From Selaginella moellendorffii (lineage: Eukaryota; Plantae; Lycopodiophyta), in assembly GCF_000143415.4 (NCBI RefSeq), contig NW_003314380.1, forward strand, positions 289,227 through 353,226: DNA of 64,000 nt. The letters are read 5' to 3'. Positions 50,950-63,478 of this stretch are shown here, one piece after another. The notes under the pieces are model-generated. The model was given only the letters and a program-made list of their open reading frames with translations. It ran no database searches and was not told the origin of the DNA. The stretch's first letter is position 1. Every line of letters starts with the position of its first letter. A program made the translations under genes and the position numbers.

Positions 50950-53700
50950 AGGCTCTTGTGCTGGCCAAGAACACACTTGGCCCATTGCAAATCTTTTTGG
51001 ACTCGCTGATACAAGCTCTAGTGGTCCAAGTTTCTCTCCCTTCATGCCACCAAGAGTGTAGTCACTAAGTTGGAAAGTCAAAAGTGTACTCAAAGAAAGT
51101 GAAGAAGTTGTGCTCTCCAAAGTGTTGTTGATGCTTTGTGACCATGTTTCGTTGATAGCTCCAAAACTATTATATACCACTTGAAAAGGCTTTGTCTCAA
51201 TGCCAAAATCATGTAAAAGACTTTGAGGAAGGTAGTGAAGAAGTCCAGGATCAAAAGTTGCATTTTGAGAAGGTGTGAGCATGTTAGCGGGCAAGCTTCC
51301 AAGATTGTATGGTAAAGTATATGCATCTTGGGGAATTTTCTATAAAGGTAGAGTTAGTACAACTTAGGGGTGGACATAAGTAAGCTCCACACTATGGAAG
51401 CAAATCAAAAAATCCATAGCTGCAGCAGATACCACTCCAAAGCATTTGTTGGAGGCAACTAGAGATGGCTATTTGTCTAGAAGAAAGTGGTCAATAGATC
51501 CTCAGTAGGGGTCCCTAGTGACTCCTCAAGTGGTGCTAGAGTTGGAAAAGTGCTTGGAAAATTCACCACTTGGATAGATTCTTCACTATGCTACAGCAAA
51601 GGAATCGATGTGAAATCCCTAGATTTGTTGAAGCCAAGGGATTTCTGGACTTTTGTAGTGTCGAGTGTTGATGTAGTCTAGTCCGTGTTGAAGAAGTCAA
51701 TCATATTGCAGTCAATAACTTGGATCTCTAGCAGTATGTCATCCTCGATAAGTTTTAGGAAAAGAATATTGAAAGCCTAATCAACTTTAGTGATGGAAGA
51801 AGCATCCACTTGAGACAAGCTAGATAGAAGTAAAGAATAACCATAAGTGTTGAGAAGATTTGTTGCATGGATGCCGTTAGTAATTGTTAATTCTCCCTTG
51901 GCCCAAGTTGTCATGCAAGTGGCTACAAGGTGCCATGGCTGTCCTAAGATGATGGAGTCCTTCAACTTCCCAGATCCTAGCTATTGGAAGTCCATAACAA
52001 AGAAATCTAGCATGGAAACCACTCCTTGCACCAAGATCTTGACATTCTGACAAATGCCTGTAGAGACCACTGAGTGATTGGCAAACATTTTGAGGATGAT
52101 AGTTGTGTTTCTCACCACCTCCAAGCCACTGGAAAGTGCCAAGTCGAGGGAGATGATGTTACTTTGGGATCCAGAATCAAGTAATGCTTGTGTTGTCAAA
52201 GATTTATCGCCAATGTGGACCTCCATAAAAAATGCTCTGGGATCATGAGTGGTTTGAGTGTTGATGATGTGCATGTCATGCTTAAGTTCCACGGGGATGC
52301 CCGTGGACTTGGCAAAAGCCTCCAGCTAAGGAGTAAAACTGGGTACACATTGCAAAAGCTCACCAAGTGTGATATAGATTAGAGTGTTAGCAATCTGAGC
52401 AAGAACCTCTTGTGGGACCTGAGAAAGAGTGGAGGGTAGCTGGGAGACCCCAGACTGAAAGTTGGACGAATATCTGGTTGTTGGATTCGAAATTGTGGCC
52501 AAGGATGTGGGTGGCAATGTAAATACCGAAGCATGGGGTAACTTGTACGCCATGAGAGATGGGGAAGTTCTGGAAACTGGACCTGGATCCTGCTCACCAT
52601 CACTATCTGGGGCTAGAGGAGAAACCTTCTTGCACCCTCGAGTCATAACAACCATCTTATAACCATCCTCTGCAACATAAATTGTATTGGCGTACATCAA
52701 TATCTTTCCACAGCTCAATGAAATAGTGTCTTTGATCACTTTCTACTCCAGTTGTTGCTAGTATCTATCTCTAGCCATGGAAGAAATCTGTTGTCTGGTA
52801 GAGGTTGCTACTAAACATGTTGGACAGAAGGTGGTCGAAGTTCTGGGTGAAGTTTCCAACATCTCTCTGTACTATGCGTTGTAACATTGCAATGCGAGTA
52901 GTACCAAGAACAAGGAGGGCATCTCGGTCTCTCTACCTACTGTAAAGGGCATGCTCTAAACTCCTCAAGTAGCTTCTCTTGCATTTGTCATTGCTACTAG
53001 ATGATCTCCTTGTATCTTGCAAGCTCCAACAATGCCTTCTTGATCACTGGGGGAACTCTATCATCGTTGTGCAGGGTTGGAGAAGAATGGACAACAGCAA
53101 CACATGAGCTCTCATCTGAAAGGCGGAGGAAAGCCTCCTCTACCCTGGAAATCCTAAGCTCTTGGAGAAGATCCCACTCCAAAATCTCTACTACAACAAA
53201 TGCCTCACAACACATCTAAAAGTTGCTTGAGCATCATGCATTGGAGATTTCCCTTGAGGCCAAAGATGAATGTGGTGATGTTATGAGGTTCATTTGTGAT
53301 GACCTTGTGCTGGACACACCCCTTCCAGTATAACTTGAACTGCATCATATATTCCAGCACAGATTCGCATGCTCCTTGCCAAAAAGTGAACAAATCCATG
53401 AGTAAGTGATTCGCAGGTCACTATTGATCAAAGTGACCCTAGAAAGATGCTTTGAATGTGGAGTAGTCAACCATGTCTACCTTTAAGAGTGTCTCTGCCC
53501 ACGCTGCTGCTCAGCCAATGAGCGATTGCAAGAAGTCATAGAGCTTTATGATCATCCTCGACGATGCTGTTTGACATGCAATATTGCTTGAAATGAGTGA
53601 CATGTGTCTTGGCGAAGATGTTGCTATTGCTAGATAAGTATGTCAAGTTAGTGCCTCACTATAGAATGTGGATTTGTGCAGGAACAGCCATGGGTGGTAG
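50950..53700 (-). mobile_element. Degenerate LTR-retrotransposon gag and aspartic protease remnant; boundaries approximate
   Basis: Protease ALLDSGSQSNII (ORF 51981-52292) and DSIILGQPW; gag-like FWQGACESVLEYMMQF...TFIFGLKGNL (53205-53399); ITLGELL motif. Many stops; no clear RT seen. Confidence 0.75.
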
Positions 53701-54924
53701 ACTCACCAACTCGATATCTGTAGTGAATGAGGAATCCTCCTCGTCAAAAAGAGTAATTTGATAATCAAGCTCTCATAGAAGGTGTGAAAAATGTCCTTGT
53801 ACCCTAGACATTGTATGGAAGTTTGTTGATTGCCATCTCTAACTAGAACGAGTGCAAACTGGCATAAAGTGTCCACTATGTAGTAGATGCCAGGTCATGG
53901 AAAATCCAAGGCACTAAGAACTCTAACTTGTGTGAGAGCAAAGTATCTAAATGGGATAATTCCAAATAAAAGAGTATCCTCATATAGATTTCCCCAACTA
54001 AACTCATGGTCACTCTTACAAATGTTAATTTCTCACAACGAAAAGAAAAAATCTTGCAAAAGAAAGGGGAAAAGAAGCAAAATTAAACTCCCAACACTCA
54101 AAATGCCTAATGGAAAACATTTGCATGGAAATCTTTCAACTTTGCACACAAAAATAGGTGTGAATGGACTCGTTCAAAAGCTTATACTCAAATCAAGAGA
54201 ATGAAACCAAAATCACGAGTTAAACTGCCCAAACACTCAAGAAAAATTGACTCAAACATTAAATTCTAGACAAAAAGAAAGAAAACAAATGAAAAGAAAA
54301 TACACTCCTTAGCACAAAAAACACTCATTTTTAGCATTGGTATAAGGTAATAACATGGCCGTAATAATTTCCATGAGAATGGCATTTCATCCCCCAACAT
54401 CAAGTTAGAAACTTGCAAGTTTGAGCTATGAAGCGCCGTGAGAGAAAAACTGCTATATGTCATAGCTTAGAGTGAATTTGCTAGCAAAAAAAGACTCTCC
54501 AGAAAGCTTGTCTCTAGATCTACATGTCTAGAAAAAAAAATTTCTTGAATCGGTCCCAAAATTGCAAGCTTAGAGTGCTGAAAATTTGCCGTGAAAATAA
54601 AGGAGTGCGTGGACAAAAATTCATCAAATCAGCAATTGAGTCTTCCATAAAAACAAGATGCTTTTTAGCTTGTTGGAAAGAAGATGCCAAGTTGCATCAA
54701 CCCAAAGAAAGAAAAATTAGAATCAATACCCCAATTACGAGAAACCACTAGAAAACCAAGTGGAAAGAGGTAATATAGAAAATTTATGTAAAAACAAGAA
54801 AAATCTTTAAGCTTGCACTCTGGATTCATGGAAGTAGAAACCCTTAACGGTCCTAGAGTCTCCAAATCTAACCTCTAGAACTTGAGATTTCTCTCAATTT
54901 CCTAAAAGAACTCTCTATTCTTTT

Positions 54925-55814
54925 TGTAAGCGACTAAATTTTCCATTCTACTTTAGTCATTTAACCACATTTTCGACCACTTAAAGGAGTCTCACTCACA
55001 ATTTCCATAAGTCTTATTCCAGACTTAGGGCTTGCTAACCCTGAGAATGACATCCATGCCACTCAACTTTTGCACTTAGTTCAAGTGCTCTATGTGTCTG
55101 ATCCCATGACCGACACCCAAAGGTACCACTGATATATCAGCCTGTTAAGCTAAGGCTATACCCATTCACCTTTGTCACACTAGTGATCCAAACGCTAGAC
55201 ACGCTAATCAAATGAGGCGAGGAAGGGAAGATAGCGAAGAAGAAAGAGTTGTGGCCGTTTTTTAGAGGAAGAAGCGAGGCTGGAGAAGAAGAATGGACGT
55301 GGAAGCCACCAATATGGATTTGGCAGCACATGTTCAGGAACGAAGGCACATGTACCTCCCCGAGTCGACAGAGTTCCACACTAGGAACTTCGGAAGCTTG
55401 GACATCGGATATCACAGGCTCGAGTACTAGTTCTACTNNNNNNNNNNNNNNNNNNNNNNNNNNNNNNNNNNNNNNNNNNNNNNNNNNNNNNNNNNNNNNN
55501 NNNNNNNNNNNNNNNNNNNNNNNNNNNNNNNNNNNNNCCCCCCCACTAGGGGACGATTGCTTTGGGTTTTCACCCAATAGCCTATATTAATATTTGGACT
55601 CGGACTCAGTCTCAATCTTGGTCTTCATCTCAGTTTCATTTTGGGTCTATTTTGGACTTCATCTTAGGTCCATCTCGGGTCTATCTTGAACTCCATCTCG
55701 GACTCCATCTTACACTCCATCTTGCACTCCATCTCAGGTCCATCTCGAACTCCATCTTGGGTCCATCTCAAACTCTTCCTCGGACTCCATCTCAGACTCC
55801 TCATTACCCCACTC
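54925..55814 (-). mobile_element. LTR-like segment (family Y) in minus orientation, broken by gaps
   Basis: Starts TGTAAGCGA and shares about 270 bp with 62119-62388. The start resembles the reverse complement of the LTR end at 57453. Reverse-complement hexamer array at 55597-55800. Confidence 0.6.
55438..55537. other. Assembly gap (100 N)
   Basis: Run of exactly 100 N. Confidence 0.99.
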
Positions 55815-55914
55815 NNNNNNNNNNNNNNNNNNNNNNNNNNNNNNNNNNNNNNNNNNNNNNNNNNNNNNNNNNNNNNNNNNNNNNNNNNNNNNNNNNNNNN
55901 NNNNNNNNNNNNNN
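55815..55914. other. Assembly gap (100 N)
   Basis: Run of exactly 100 N. Confidence 0.99.
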
Positions 55915-56071
55915 TACATGTCATGTGTTGGCTATTTTATGTCCCTTTTTTAGGGACTCACTTATTGCTTGCTTCGTGCTCATTCCTCAAGCACTTCATT
56001 GGGGCTCTTGACTTTTTTAGTCGGAGTGTTTAGTCTATATGTGTTACCTCATTTGGCTTCTGCCTCAGCCA

Positions 56072-57453
56072 TGTAAGGAACCAACTCCCCAAGATGTCGT
56101 AGGCTAAAGGATCCCCGAAGGCACGACCGAAATGATAATGAGTTTTTTGGATGGGACCGAGTTTGAGATCGAGTCCAAGATTGACTCTGAGACCGAGTTC
56201 GAGACAAAGTCCAGGATCGAGGTCAAGGTCAACTCCGAGACCGAGTTTGAGACCGAGTCTAAAACTGAGTCTGAGACCGAGTTCGAGACTGAGTCCGAGA
56301 TTCGAGATTGGGTCTGAGACCAAGTCCGAGGTCGAGTCTAAGATAGAGTCCGAGATCGGGTCCAAGATCAAGTCTGAGATCGAGTCTGAGACTGGGTCCA
56401 AGATCAAGTCTAGGACCGAGTCCGAAATCAAGTCCAAGAACGTGTCCGAATACTAATATAGGTCAAGGGGTGAAAGCCCAAAGCGTGTGTCTCCCGGGGG
56501 GGGGGGGCTACAAGGGGTTCCAAAAGTATAGTAGGGATAGTGAGGTCTAGGAACTAGTCTTGAAGGAACTCTCCAGTGGTGCTTCCAAACTGACTCAAGG
56601 TTGAGACTATGGCTGAGGGGCCTTGGGTGGGAGTGAGCATGGACTCAAGTGGTGTTGGAGGGGCCACCCACTCCCAAAAGGGAAACCGATTATAGTGCTT
56701 CCGGCTCATGTGGAGTGGTGCCCCACTTGAGTACCTTATGGTTCATTGATCTTCGCCCCTTCCTAAGGGGCTTGGGCCTTCCCTTTGGGATGGTAATGGG
56801 GGACTGAAGGTATCTATACTGGGCCGTTAGGCCAAAATGTTTCCCCTTGGTGTCCCGAAGCAAGTGTTGCACCAAAGGCTTGGGATTTAGAGGATCCTAT
56901 GATCAAGTCTTATTGTACCAAGGGATGTTAAAAACCTGGAGGAGAGTAAGATTGGGAGTAGAAGTAGTAGTAGGACTGGGAGTAGGAGTAAGAGCGGGAG
57001 TAGGAGTAGGAGTAAGGGTAGAAGCAGGAGTAAGAGTGGTCTCTCTGGCTGCAAAGAAAAGGTAATGATGAGTTAGTGTCGCAATACTTGAAGTAAGCAA
57101 TGCATCCAAGCCTTGGGATTTATAAGGTTCTGTGATCAAGTCTTGTTATACCTATACATGTAAGGAACCTGAAGGTTTAGTGTGCTTATCTGCTTGTGCT
57201 TATGAGGAGTGTAGTTGAACCTTAAGTCCAGTATAACCCAAGGAAGGGAACTAAAAGAAAATTTGGGACTTTATAGATGAATGGCTAATACTCCATTGCT
57301 CGTGTAGTGAGTTACTAAAACTAAGTAGGACCAAGTAAGAGCTGGTATAATAGGTGGGAACTTTGGCAAGGGAACTTAACCAAGGCCAAGGCCATGGTGG
57401 TCAAATAGACAAGGTAAGCTAGCAAATTGGAAAGGAAAAATTTATAACTTACA
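56072..57453 (+). mobile_element. 5' LTR (family X, about 1.38 kb) of the downstream chromovirus
   Basis: TGTAAG...CTTACA inverted termini, followed by a PBS. Contains a GAG(A/T)CC-type hexamer array (about 56150-56450), a poly-G run and a GGAGTA array (about 56940-57035). Confidence 0.85.
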
Positions 57454-57456
57454 ATT

Positions 57457-57468
57457 TGGTATCGGAGC
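57457..57468 (+). other. Primer-binding site, tRNA-iMet type
   Basis: TGGTATCGGAGC, 3 nt after the LTR-terminal CA; one mismatch to the canonical TGGTATCAGAGC. Confidence 0.85.
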
Positions 57469-57509
57469 CTTTTCCTCAGTTCTAGCGAAGGATAGAGGCA
57501 GATTGCTGG

Positions 57510-60500
57510 GAGATGGCAAAGGCAGGGCATAAACAAACCAAGGTGGAGATAGAACTCTATAAAGTTGGAGCCTTCGATCTAACAAGAGGCTATGGATAAG
57601 GAATCCTTGCATAAGGACTCTAGTGAGGAAACTTTTAAAGAAGATTCTAGTGGTGAAGTTCGGTCATCCAAAGCTTGATTGGACGTTCTAGAATGACAGT
57701 TGGCTCAGACCAATGCCTTGCGGGAGACTCTCGTACAAAAGCTAAGGTGTGACGAGAAACGGAAGAAAAAGCGAAAGACTGTAGATATTGGCAACGTAGA
57801 AGGCATGGACCCTTTGGTGGGGACTAAGGCAAAATTGAACAAGGTTGAACAAACTGAAGTGGAATCAGTTCCTTAAGCCGTTCCCAAGTACAAACCAAAG
57901 CCCTCACCAGTCTTCAAGGGAGTGAATGACTATAAAGTGGTGGACGATTGATTTTACGATACAAAGGTTACTTCTAAGCATTGTAATTACCAAGCTCAGA
58001 GAAGGTCCCATGTACAAAACTATACTTAGTAAATAATGTCAAGTCTTGGTGAAGAACAATAGAGGCCAACGAAGGACTAGTGGCCACTTGGGAAATAATG
58101 AAGGCGAGGATCTATATGACTTGTGTTCCTCCGAATGCTACTTTGCACTTAAGGGATGGGTTGAGTAGGATGAAGCAGACTAGAACCATTCAAGAGTATC
58201 TGAATGGGTTTATGGCAAAAAGGATATTTGTCATGGATATGGGTGATGTGGTTGCGTTTCATGCCTTCATATCAAGTTTGTAGACCTGGACTTGAGGCAA
58301 GGTGATGCATTGAAACCCGACCAACTACAAAGAAGCATTGGATGCAGCTATTAAGGTGCATTTCAATGATAACCTATAAAAGGGGAACATGACAGGGTTA
58401 GGGTCTATATTTAGCAAAGGGGCCAAACCCAAGGAAACATATGGCAAAGGGAAATTCAAGAAGAATTTCTTTACGAATGAGTCCTCGGGGTCCCGGAAAA
58501 GTAGATCTGGTGGCCAACAAGCAAGTATGTGGGGGAGTCAAGCGAAAAGAGACAAACCTACAAATAAGAAGGTCAAGTTTACTAATAGCGTGGGAAACAA
58601 CGTATGCTTCAGCTGTGGTGAAGCGGGACACTTTTCAAGGGAATGTCCATACCCGAAGAAGGCTAGAGATAATATGCCCATTAAGTTGGGTGAAATCCAA
58701 ATTGAAGTACATGATCCAGTCCCTAACTCAAAATTACTCATTACACGAACAACTTTGGTAGAGAGTCGTTCGCAACATCTACTAACCCTCTGAGGAAAGT
58801 TCGAAGGTAACTTTGTTAAGATCTTTATTGACATAGGTGTTTCGGATAATTTTGTGGTTGCAGACATAGTCCGGCAAGCCGAATTAACGATGCAGCAGCT
58901 GGGTGAACCAAGGATTATAAAGTTTGTTCAAGGTAGCCAAAGCACCAATGCAGTACTTCGACAAGCAAGAGTTGAAGTAGGGACATGGAAAAAAGATTAT
59001 GGATTTCACCATATTCGATATGGTGGGATTTGATGTAATCTTCGAGATGGATTGGTTCAATTGGTTTGTGGTAGCCTTACATGGACAACGTAAGAACCTT
59101 GTGGTACTAGTGAATGCCAGAGGAGAATAATCTACGATGGAGATCTAGGATGTAAAGGTAGGGCAATATAAGGCCAAAGACTCTTGTTTGAACCTGATGT
59201 CCACGAGATGACAACTCACTAAAGGAACCAAGGCAGCATTTTTGTGCTTACTCTCAGTAAGGAGTGACAAAAAGATAGGAACAAAAGAAGTGCCTTTAGT
59301 GATCTAGCGGGTGTTGGACCATTTCCAAAATACCATGCCGAAGGAGCTAATTACCCCCCGAATGATCGATAGAACATAAGATTGAGCTGGACGAGGATGC
59401 TAAGGTGGTGATTCATCCCCCTATTGGTTGAACAAAAAAGAACTTGAGAAGCTCAAATGCCAACTTGAGGAGTTAGTGGAAAAAAAGTATATTAGGTTGA
59501 GCAAGTCATCATATGGTGCACCAGTGTTATTTATGAAAAAGAAAGATGGATCTATGCGTATGTGTATAAACTACCAGTTGCTCAACAAGTATACAAAGAA
59601 GAACAAATACCCTTTACTAAAGATTAAGGACCTATTCGATAGGTGAGAAAGACAAAATACTTATCGAGGATCAACTTAAGGTTAGGATACTACTAAATCA
59701 AAATAGCAAATGAAGATGGCAAAAAGACAACCTGTTGGACAAGGTATGGAAACTTTGAGTTTTTAGTGATTCCCTTTGGTCTATGCAATGCACCAATAAC
59801 ATTCTCAATGCTGATTAACCATATTTTGTACTTTATTTGGATCATTTCATAGTCATTTACATTGATGACATCCTCATCTATAGCGAGACGCTAGAGGAGC
59901 ATGCTGAACACTTGACGAAAGTGTTTGAGAAACTAAAAGAACACCAATTGTATGTTAAAGAGAGCAAATGTGACTTTGCTCAACAAGAGGTAAATTTTCT
60001 CGGATATATGGTGGGCAAAGACGGGCTCAAAGTGGACCTTGAGAAGGTCCAAGCGATCCAAGAATGGGAACGACCATTGAATGTACACGAGTTAAGGGCA
60101 TTCCTAGGGCTATACAACTACTACCGAAAGTTTATTAAACACTATCTGAGAGTAGCCCTGCCTTTAACGGACCAAACAGAAAAAGGGAAGATGGTATGAA
60201 CAACAAAATGTGAAGTGGCATTTGTCCATCTCAAAAGGAAGTTGAGGAAGGCTCCCGTATTGGTGTTAATAAACTTTAGTATGGACTTTGAGGTAGAAAT
60301 AGATGCTTCAGACTTTGCGTTGGGCATAGTGTTGAAGCAAGACAACCATCTAGTAGCATTCTTCTCGAAGAAGTTAAACAAGGCTCAGTGAAAGTGGCTT
60401 GCCCATGAGAAGGAATTATTTACAGTGGTCAAGGAGCTCAAGGAGTGGCAACACTACCTTGGGAGACAATTCAAAGTTTACACGAATAATGTGGCAACAA

Positions 60501-62118
60501 AACACTTCTTATCACAACACGACTTGAGAGGGAAACAGGGTCGGTGGGCTAATGCTTTAGCTGAGTTTGATTGCGAGATTCTGTATAAACCAGAGAAGAG
60601 CAACATTATAGTGGATGCTCTAAGTCGAAAAGTGAGCTTGAAGTTGGCGACATCTAATGCAACAGCAACCTTTTGGGATGATGTGCGGACAACATATGAG
60701 AATGATGGACTAGCATAAAAAGTGTTTCTAAGGAACCAAGAGGTGCAGAAAGCTCACCAAAGAAGTGAGCTACCAATGGAAGAGAAAATAGGCTATGCGA
60801 AACACAATGAACTCATCTATTATAAACAAACGAGGGTGTATGTTTTAGAAGGGGAACTAAGGAAGGTAGCCTTAGAAGAGTGTCATGACGAACCTTTTGC
60901 AGGACACGGTGGAGTGCCCAAGACAATGAGAGGAAGTATTACTGGCAAGATATGGTTAAGGACATCTAAGACTATGTAAAGACATGTCCAACATGTTAGC
61001 AGGTGAAAGCCATGACCAAGGCTAGTGGGGGCTTATTACTAAGCATCCCAATTCCAAATCATCCATGGAAATGTTTTACGATAAACTTCATCATAGGGCT
61101 CCCCCCAAGTGAGGGGTTTGATGCGATATTTGTGGTGGTGGACTAATTTTCGAAGATGGCACATTTCATATCCACCACAACGGAAGTGGATGCGAAAGGT
61201 GTGGCAAAGCTATTTTTTAAACAAGTGGTTCAAGTGTGGGGAGGCTAGAATAGATTATCTCATATCGAGATAAGATCTTCACCAGTAGGTTCTAGAGAAC
61301 TCTTCTGGAACAATATTGCACCAAGTTGAAATTCAACACAACCTATCACCCATATATAGGTATTGGGTATTAAATCAAGTTTGATGGCACTAACACTTCT
61401 TGATAGACAGGCAAATGGAAAGGGTGAATAGGCAGCTGGAGGATTATTTGCGATGTTATGTCTCTGGAGACCAGACTGATTGGGTAAGTCATTTGGGACT
61501 TGCGGAAATGTGCTATAACAACTCACCACATTCGAGTATCGGGGTGAGTCCATGGGAAGTCATCAATAGGCGAGCTATTGAAGGTCCTGTGGAACTCGGA
61601 ATGGCCAAGTATCATGGAGAGTTACCCGCGGTGGAGGCATTCACAGCAAAAAGACTCAATATTTGGAATCTAGTGAGGGATTCTTTGGAACAAGCTCAAT
61701 AAAGGCAAACCAAGTATGCAAACCAGAAGCACCGGGATGTAGAGTTTTAACATGGGGAGAAGGTGTGGCTAAACACCAAGAACCTAAAACTACCAAGTGG
61801 GATTAGCCAGAAGCTAATCCAAAGGTAAAGATGCATGTATTCTTGAAAATGAACTAATCTTAAGTTCCTTAAGCAAGTTCGTGGGGCCTTACGAGATTGA
61901 GGCACGAATTGGTAAGGTGGCTTACTACCTTTGACTTCCTCGAGAGATGGGAAAAATGCACCTAGTGTTCCATATGAACTTACTCAAGCTGTACTTTAAG
62001 GATCCGCTTTGCAAAGACCAAATAAAACCTTATCTAAGATTATCCAAGGGGAAGAGGAATACAAAGTCGAGGCCATCCTTAATGCGTGCAAAAACAAATG
62101 ACAAAGACACGAGGTGAG
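57510..62118 (+). mobile_element. Degenerate Ty3/Gypsy chromovirus gag-pol (gag CCHC, PR, RT, RNase H, integrase, truncated chromodomain)
   Basis: CFSCGEAGHFSREC; FIDIGVSDNF; [23 protein letters not shown]; YIDDILIYS; DASDFALG; CHDEPFAGHGG; ERVNRQLEDYLRCYV; FVGPYEI; chromodomain start GEEEYKVEAIL. Many stops and frameshifts. Confidence 0.95.
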
Positions 62119-63420
62119 TGTAAGCGATTAATTTTTCCATTTTACTTTAGTCACTTGACTGCACCTCTAACAACTTGGAGGAGTCTCATTCACAACCTCC
62201 ATAAGTCCCAGTTAGGACTTGGGGCTTGCTAGCCCCGAGAATGGCATCCATGCCACTCAACCTTTGCACTCAGTCCAAGTGCTCCACGTGTCCGATCCCA
62301 TGACCGACACCCTAAGGTACCACCGACATATCGGCCTGTTACGCTAAAGCCATGCCCATTCACCTTGGTCACACCAGTGATCTAACGCCACCTACATCAT
62401 AGTCCCGTCTCTCAAATATTGGGCCATCCATCCATGAGTGATCATCCCAGATCTACTCCTTAGCATCCTTAGGATCCCCACAGACATGGGGAATAACCTT
62501 CCCCGACAACTCTTTTCCAATCCCCACCAAGTCCCTTTTTGTCCATGGCCGTGTTTGCCAACACTACCACTAGATCAAGCCCCACAGGCTCGACCTCTAA
62601 GTCCCACTATCCTTTGGGACTTCCTCACCATGTGACCGTATCCTTGGTCACTACACTAGAGGATTGCTCCTCTTCCCTTTCATCGTTTGGGACTTTGGGA
62701 CAACATTTCGGAACACCGTGGCCTTACGCAAGCCTCATAGGTATTCTCTCTGCCTTTCGCCTTTAGCTGCTCTAACCATAGGCTTAGAGCGAGGTTCCAT
62801 TGATCCATGCCAGGTATCCAAATAGATAGTGCCACCCACACTTGGACTGGGAGCATCGGCCAGTCGATCTCCCGGGGGAACTAGAGCTGGCTCTTGAACA
62901 CTTCACCAAGTTACCCCGCTTGTCGGTCCGTGTTCACTCTAGTCTTGGACTTCCCAATGGGCAGCTCATCACCCAACACTGGGTACAGCCTTCCTGGGCC
63001 AAACTGGCCTTTCCTAGCCAAACTGATTCCACTGCAGTCCTCCCCCTACTATACTTTTGGAGCTCACTAAACCCCCCAGGGTCTGGGAGATGAACACTTT
63101 GGGCTTTCACCCTCTCGGACTCAGACTCAAACTCGGACTCAGACTTGGACTCAGACTTGGACTCGGACTTGGGCTCGGGCTTGGCCTTGGCCTTGGCCTC
63201 GTTCTCGGTCTCGGTCTCGATCCTGGTCTCAGTCTCGGTCCCGATCTCGGTCTCGGTCTCAGTCTCGGTCTCGGTTTTGGTCTCGATCTCAGTCCCAGTC
63301 TTGGTCTCGGTCCCGGTCTCGGTCTCGACCTCGAACTCCATCTCGGGTCCTTCTTAGACTCCATCTTGGGTCCATCTCGGACTCCGTCTCAGTCCATCTC
63401 GGACTCCGTCATCTCGGACT
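62119..63420 (-). mobile_element. LTR-like segment (family Y) in minus orientation, interrupting the chromodomain
   Basis: Begins TGTAAGCGA just after the chromodomain start; homologous to 54925-55195. Contains reverse-complement copies of CCAAAAGTATAGTAGGG, GGGTGAAAGCCCAAAG and the hexamer array. Confidence 0.7.
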
Positions 63421-63478
63421 TGTCAAAAAGTCGTAGGATTAAAAACAAGCATTCGATGTGGGCATTGAACTTCTTCTA

